A stretch of DNA of 41,081 nt from Octopus sinensis. Its lineage: Eukaryota. Shown piece by piece: positions 35,502-41,081 of this stretch. How positions within the stretch are numbered: the first letter of the stretch is position 1; each line of letters starts with the position of its first letter. The position numbers and the translations under genes were made by a program. The notes below the pieces were generated by a model. That model saw only the letters and a program-made list of their open reading frames with translations. It was not told where the DNA came from and did not search any database. The stretch is from assembly GCF_006345805.1 (NCBI RefSeq), contig NW_021835341.1, forward strand, positions 1-41,081, in the 5' to 3' direction.

Positions 35502-35620
35502 ATTGTGGTGAAAGAGTACAGCAGGGATCACCACCAGCCCTGCCGAGCCTCGTAGAGCTTTTAGGTGTTTTCGCTCAATAAACAACACACAACGCCCGGT
35601 CTGAGAATCGAAAACCGCGA
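35502..35620 (-). mobile_element. SINE C middle fragment, truncated by a satellite copy
   Basis: gtggtgaaagagtacagcagggatcaccacc..cgcccggtctgagaatcgaaaaccgcg. Confidence 0.8.
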
Positions 35621-35750
35621 ATCCAGTATGCACATCCGCATTGCGGTTTTAATTTTCGCTTCCGTATGAATCGAGTATGCACATTCGCATTGCGGTTTTT
35701 TCTTCTCTACGTTTTACGAATCTAGTATGCACATCCGCATTGCGATTTTA
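35618..35750 (-). repeat. About 2.6 inverted units of the 52-bp minisatellite
   Basis: cgaatccagtatgcacatccgcattgcggtttt.. is the reverse complement of the 29590-32150 unit. Confidence 0.92.
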
Positions 35751-35770
35751 TATATATATATATATATATA

Positions 35771-36016
35771 TTCTTTTATTCTTTTTCTTTGTTTCAGTCA
35801 TTTTGACAGTAGTCATGCTGGAGCACCGCCTTTAGTCAAACAAGGCGATCCCAGAACTTATTCTTTGTAAACCCAATACTTATTCTATCGGTCACTTTTG
35901 CCGAAACGCTAGGCTACGGGGACGTAAACACACCAACATCGGTTGTCAAGCGATGGTGGGGGACGAACACAGACGAAAAAATACGCAAACACACACACAC
36001 ACACACGCGCGCGCAG

Positions 36017-36064
<48 letters not shown>

Positions 36065-36225
36065 GCGACGAGCTTCTTTCAGTTTCAGTCTACCAAATCC
36101 ACTCACAAGGCTTTCATCGGCCTGAAGCTATAGTAGAAGACAGTCGTCCAAGGTGCCAAACAGTAGGACTGAACCTGGAGCCATGTGATTGGGAAGCAAT
36201 CTTCTTACCACACAGCCACAGCCAT
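35771..36225 (-). mobile_element. SINE A, full length
   Basis: Collinear with 3378-3810. Confidence 0.9.
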
Positions 36226-36238
36226 GTGTGTATGTGGG

Positions 36239-36295
<57 letters not shown>

Positions 36296-36371
36296 AGAGT
36301 TGTATAGTAAATAGATGAGTAAATATTTTACAAATAGACAGATGACTAAATACTTTATATATAGTTAAATC

Positions 36372-36697
36372 GAGGCGCAATGGTCCAGTGGTTAGGGCAG
36401 CGGACTTGCGGTCGTAGGATCGTGGTTTCGATTTCCAGACCGGGAGTTGTGTGTGTTTATTGAGCGAAAACACCTAAAGCTCCACGAAGTTCCAGCAGGG
36501 GGTGGTGGCGATCCTTGTTGTACTCTTTCGCCCCAACTTTCTCTTACTCTTTCTTCCTATTTCTAGAGTAACGCTAACGCTGCGATGGACTGGCGTCCCG
36601 TCCAGCTGGGGGGAACACATACGCCACAGAAACCGGGAAACCGGGCCCATGAGCCTGGCAGGGCTTGAAAAGGGCGCATAAATAAAAAATAAAATAG
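36372..36697 (+). mobile_element. SINE C, full length, with TSD agttaaat
   Basis: A-box tggtccagtgg, B-box ggtttcgattt; TSD at 36363-36370 and 36698-36705. Confidence 0.9.
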
Positions 36698-36705
36698 AGT
36701 TAAAT

Positions 36706-37002
36706 ATATTTCTTTACTACTCACAAGGGGCTAAACATAGAGGGGACAAACAAGGACAGACAAACGGATTAAGTCGATTACATCGACCCCAGTGCGTAAC
36801 TGGTACTTAATTTATCGACCCCGAAAGGATGAAAGGCAAAGTCGAACTCGGCGGAATTTGAACTCAGAACGTAACGGCAAACGAAATACGGGTACGCATT
36901 TCGCCCCGCGTGCTAACGTTTCTGCCAGCTCGCCGCCTTCGACGGGTGAAATAGCACTAAGCATTTCGTCCAGTGTGCTAACGATTCTGCCAGCTCGCCG
37001 CT
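36706..37002 (-). mobile_element. SINE B monomer (type-1 tail) preceded by a second, truncated B head
   Basis: Two gccagctcgcc heads at about 36925 and 36990. Confidence 0.88.
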
Positions 37003-37723
37003 GTCGTGGACACAAATACAGAAACAAACACAGTCACACTCTCTGGCACGCACATACAGACACACACACAGACAGACGAAATGGCAGAGACAGATGTATT
37101 AATACAAAATCATAGCGACTATTATAAAGACAGTAAAAAGAAAAACAAATATTATGTAAGAAGCCGTAGTGAGATGTAATGAATGTTACGAATAAAAGAT
37201 TTGAGAAAGCCAAAAGAAGTTTTATCTTTCAGCGTGATGAAATACAAACCGGATCAAATAAGACAAATGACCGCTGAGAAATTTACATAAAAGAAGGAAT
37301 AGGTTAAAATGTTAAATCAAAAAGAAGAGAGAGGAATTACACTTGAAAGGGCAAAAAACCAAAAGGGGGAAAAAAAAACTAGCATAAACGAAAATGCATT
37401 TGAAGTCAGTATTTAAACTTAAATGACTTGATTTAAGGTTTCTTGTAAAAATCATAGGTCTACTCCTCCTGTTCCTCCATCTCCTTGTCCTTCCTTTCTC
37501 CGTTTTTAATCCGATCTTCCTTGACCTCTTCCTTTTCACCCCCATTCCTCATTCACTTGTCTGTCTTTTTACACACGTGCACGTATGTGCGTATATATGT
37601 GATGTATGTAGATATGTATACGTACAAACGCATACATCAGTGTATATGCACGATACACACAGATATCTGTGTGTATTTGTTTGTGAGTGCGTGTGTATTT
37701 CTCTGTCCACCCCTCTGTGTGTG

Positions 37724-37770
<47 letters not shown>

Positions 37771-37773
37771 GTA

Positions 37774-37805
<32 letters not shown>

Positions 37806-37870
37806 TGTGTGTGTATGTGTGTGAATGTATAATGTATATTTATATATGCAAATCTATATATCTATGTGCA

Positions 37871-37923
37871 TCTATCTATCTATGGATCTATCTATTTATC
37901 TATCAATCTATCTGTGTATCTAT

Positions 37924-37977
<54 letters not shown>

Positions 37978-38041
37978 GTCTGTCTATCAATCTATCTATC
38001 TACAAACACACACCTACACACAGATATATATATATATATAT

Positions 38042-38092
<51 letters not shown>

Positions 38093-38154
38093 ATAGATAT
38101 ATAGATAGTTAGAAAGATAGATAGATAGATAGATAGAGATAGATAGATAGAGAA

Positions 38155-38216
<62 letters not shown>
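37871..38216. repeat. (TCTA)n and (TAGA)n arrays in inverted orientation
   Basis: 37871-38002 and 38042-38216, 39-nt spacer. Confidence 0.95.
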
Positions 38217-39158
38217 TATTAACTGACTGGAAATGGTTCATTCTGCAGTGTTTAGTTTATTTTAAAGTAATACTCTGGACGCCCTCTAACGGCATCCTGC
38301 GGAAACTCATCAAATTCATTTACATCACTTTAGCAGAAAACGAACGAAACGAGAGCCGTTCAGACTTAAAGCTCCCAATTCACAAAACATTGCCAGTTCC
38401 AAACAGATCAGCAGAGACTTTTACCATTTGCTCTGCAATTGTTCGGAACGTGTTGTTAACAATAGACCGATGTGGAAAAGAAAACTCTGCAGCTAAGGAG
38501 TGCTAAAAGTCGCATTTCCAAGTTAATCTCACACAACTCTTCCCGTCTGATGGACCATTTCGAAAAGAATAAAAAATTAGAGAGAGAAATAAAAAGTAAA
38601 AATAAAACCGAGTTGATATGAAGAATAATTGATTGGTTGTTGCTAGTTCGCGTTGATACGGAAAGTTTTATTATTTTTTCTTAATATAAGTAAACATGGA
38701 TTCGTTAGAGAGATGCTATTGAACAAAACAATGTTAACAGAATCTTAAATATTCATCATGTCGAATGACGGGAATACGGGAGGTAAAAGGTTATAAGGGT
38801 ATTAAAAAGATGTAAGCCTTATTGAATGAAGATTTAATCAAATTTGGAACCAATGTATATTAAGAATACTTCTATTTCTCAAAGCTAAACAACTATGCAT
38901 ATAATTTAAATTGATGCTGGTAGAGCAGGGTGGTTGAACTATAAAAGTATTAGTGTAATTACAATAAGTAAGCTAAGGGGAAGTTACTCAAATGGATAAA
39001 ATTGCATGAATGATGCACCCACGAAAAGTAATCTCAATGAATTGAAAATTTGTCTTGTCGTATTCTGTTATTTCATTCTTTTTCTCGCTTTCTTCTGGTG
39101 CATCGCAGAGTAGCCTCTATTTTGTGGGGAACGAATTTAGTGGTATTTGTTGGAAGAA

Positions 39159-39953
39159 GGCGGCGAGCTGGCAGAAACGTTAGCATGCCGGGCGAAATGC
39201 GTAGCCGTATTTCGTCTGCCGTTACGTTGTGAGTTCAAATTCCGGCGAGGTCGACTTTGCCTTTCAACCTTTCGGGGTCGATAAATTAAGTACCAGTTAC
39301 GCACTAGGGTCGATCTAATCGACTTAATCTGTTTGTCTGTCCTTGTTTGCCTCTCTGTGTTTAGCATCTTTTGGGTAGTAAAGAAATAGGTATTTCATCT
39401 GCTGCTACGTTCTGAGTTCAAATTCCGCCGAGGTCGACTTTGCCTTTCATCCTTTCGGGTTCGATTAAATAAGTACCAGTTACGCACTGGGGTCGATATA
39501 ATCGACTTAATCCGTTTGTCTGTCCTTGTTTGTCCTCTCCATGTTTAGCTTCTTGTGGGCGGTAAAGAAATAGCTATTTCGCCTGCCGCTACGTTCTGTA
39601 TTCAAATTCCGCCGAGGTCGACTTTGCCTTTCATCCTTTCGGAGTCGATTAAATAAGTAGTACCAGTTACGCACTGGGGTGGGGTCAATATAATCGATTA
39701 ATAAGTTTGTTTGTCTGTCCTTGTTTGTCCCTCTGTGTTTAGCCACTGGTGGGTAGTAAAGAAATAGGTATTTCGTCTGCCGTTAACGTTCTGAGTTCAA
39801 ATTCCGCCGAGGTCGACTTTGCCTTCATCCTTTCGGGGTCGATTAAATAATACCAGTTACGCACTGGGGTCGATATAATCGACTTAATCCGTTTGTCTCT
39901 CCTTGTTTGTCCCCTCTATGTGTAGCCCCTTGTGGGCAGTAAAATAGGTATTT
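39159..39953 (+). mobile_element. SINE B tetramer (head plus four units) flanked by a 15-bp TSD
   Basis: Units start at 39208, 39391, 39575 and 39769; TSD ggtatttgYtggaag at 39142-39156 and 39947-39961. Confidence 0.92.
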
Positions 39954-40215
39954 GCTGGAAGCATTCAAAGAAATGCGAAGATAATTTCTAGAACATAATT
40001 TCGCTAAAGGGTAAAAGTAAATTGTGAGGAAAATTGTATTAAGTTGGCAATAAACCATTACAAGACGTTATATCGTCAAATATAGGATGTTTCGAACAAC
40101 TCAAATTATATGCAGTGCAGACGAAAGGTAGTGAGCTATTGTTAATCACCTTGATACATTTTATTTGTTGTGCAATAAACAATGTAACTATTTAACAAGC
40201 TTAATATTGTAGTGT

Positions 40216-40603
40216 GGTGGAAGCACTCCGTCAGTTACGACGATGAGGGTTCCGGTTGATCCGACCAACGGAACAGCCTGCTCCTGAAATTAACGTTAAG
40301 TGGCTGAGCACTCCACAGATACGTGTACCTTAACGTAGTTCTCGGGGATATTCAGCGTGACAGAGAGTGACAAGGCCGGCCCTTTGAAATACAGGTACAA
40401 CAGAAACAGGAAGAGTAAGAGTGAGAGAAAGTAGTTGTGGTGAAAGAGTACAGCAGGGATCACCACCATCCCCTGCCGGAGCCTCGTGGAGCTTTAGGTG
40501 TTTTCGCTCAATAAACACTCACAACCGCCCGGTCTGGGAATCGAAACTGCGATCCTACGACCGCGAGTCCGCTGCCCTAACCACTGGGCCATTGCGCCTC
40601 CGC
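40216..40603 (-). mobile_element. SINE with family-C head and F tail, 11-bp TSD
   Basis: Head identical in layout to 36372-36560 but tail matches 28918-29080; TSD tattgtagtgt at 40205-40215 and 40604-40614. Confidence 0.9.
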
Positions 40604-41081
40604 TATTGTAGTGTAACAAGTGTTTCTCATTATTATGCGTAGAAACACACTTTTGACGTTCCTTTACCATATATAACAGGCTTGATTAGCTAGAGGACAT
40701 TTTGGGCCTCTAAACACCTACGCCCAAACACAACTGCGCTCCATTTCCCTCGTCTTGCTTATTTCTCTGGTTATATATTCTACAGGCTGGCATAATTACG
40801 CACAACATAATTTGCTATTTTAGTGACTAGGTTAGGCTCAAAAACGGCTCAGTAAATCTGCAAAATCCCTCATAAGGTCCAATCGTTGTGGTAGAGTATT
40901 GGTTTGGGTATCTCAATGACAAAGAATGATCACCAATACTACTACAACAGCAGAACTTATCCAAGACGGTGATAGTACAGTTTGTGAGGCAATTTGGCTG
41001 CTATTTGTAGCTGCTCGGTGAGAAACCACATAGAACAACCTCCTCCTTGGGTCATGAATTATAAAGTTAGAAGTAGTTGTC

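Noticed and set aside
398-38241. Dozens of YI/CV/HT/LSIY-rich ORFs in the track
   Set aside because: They are translations of di- and tetranucleotide microsatellites that lack stop codons.
38262-38506. About 80-codon ATG-less open frame (ILWTPSNG..IYITLAEN) faintly like an RTE C-terminus
   Set aside because: The similarity is too weak to call without a search.

Overview
This is AT-rich eukaryotic, essentially non-coding DNA. The repeat families and very dense compound microsatellites suggest an octopus or other coleoid cephalopod genome (inferred by recognition, not by a database search). Almost all ORFs in the supplied track are artefacts of (TA)n, (CA)n, (TACA)n, (AGAT)n and (ATT)n repeats. 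Real coding remnants are transposon fragments: two restriction-like-endonuclease (R4/Dong-type) LINE 3' ends, a Penelope-like RT fragment, an internally deleted mariner, and an RTE-type 3' end with three C2H2 fingers. The rest includes several tRNA-derived SINE families (labelled A, B, C, E here; D is an unclassified repeat; F, G and V are my labels for 3' tail modules) and a 2.5-kb 52-bp minisatellite. Three short splice-site-bounded segments could be exons of a large minus-strand gene (low confidence). The most notable unexplained structures are: (1) a near-intact hammerhead ribozyme with an unusually long stem II, plus decayed relatives; (2) a SINE that forms head+n x ~184-bp multimers, apparently by inserting at a GGTATTT site also present in its own head; (3) SINEs that swap heads and tails; (4) a 150-nt hairpin with transition-only mismatches; and (5) short inverted copies of nearby DNA abutting (TA)n tracts.
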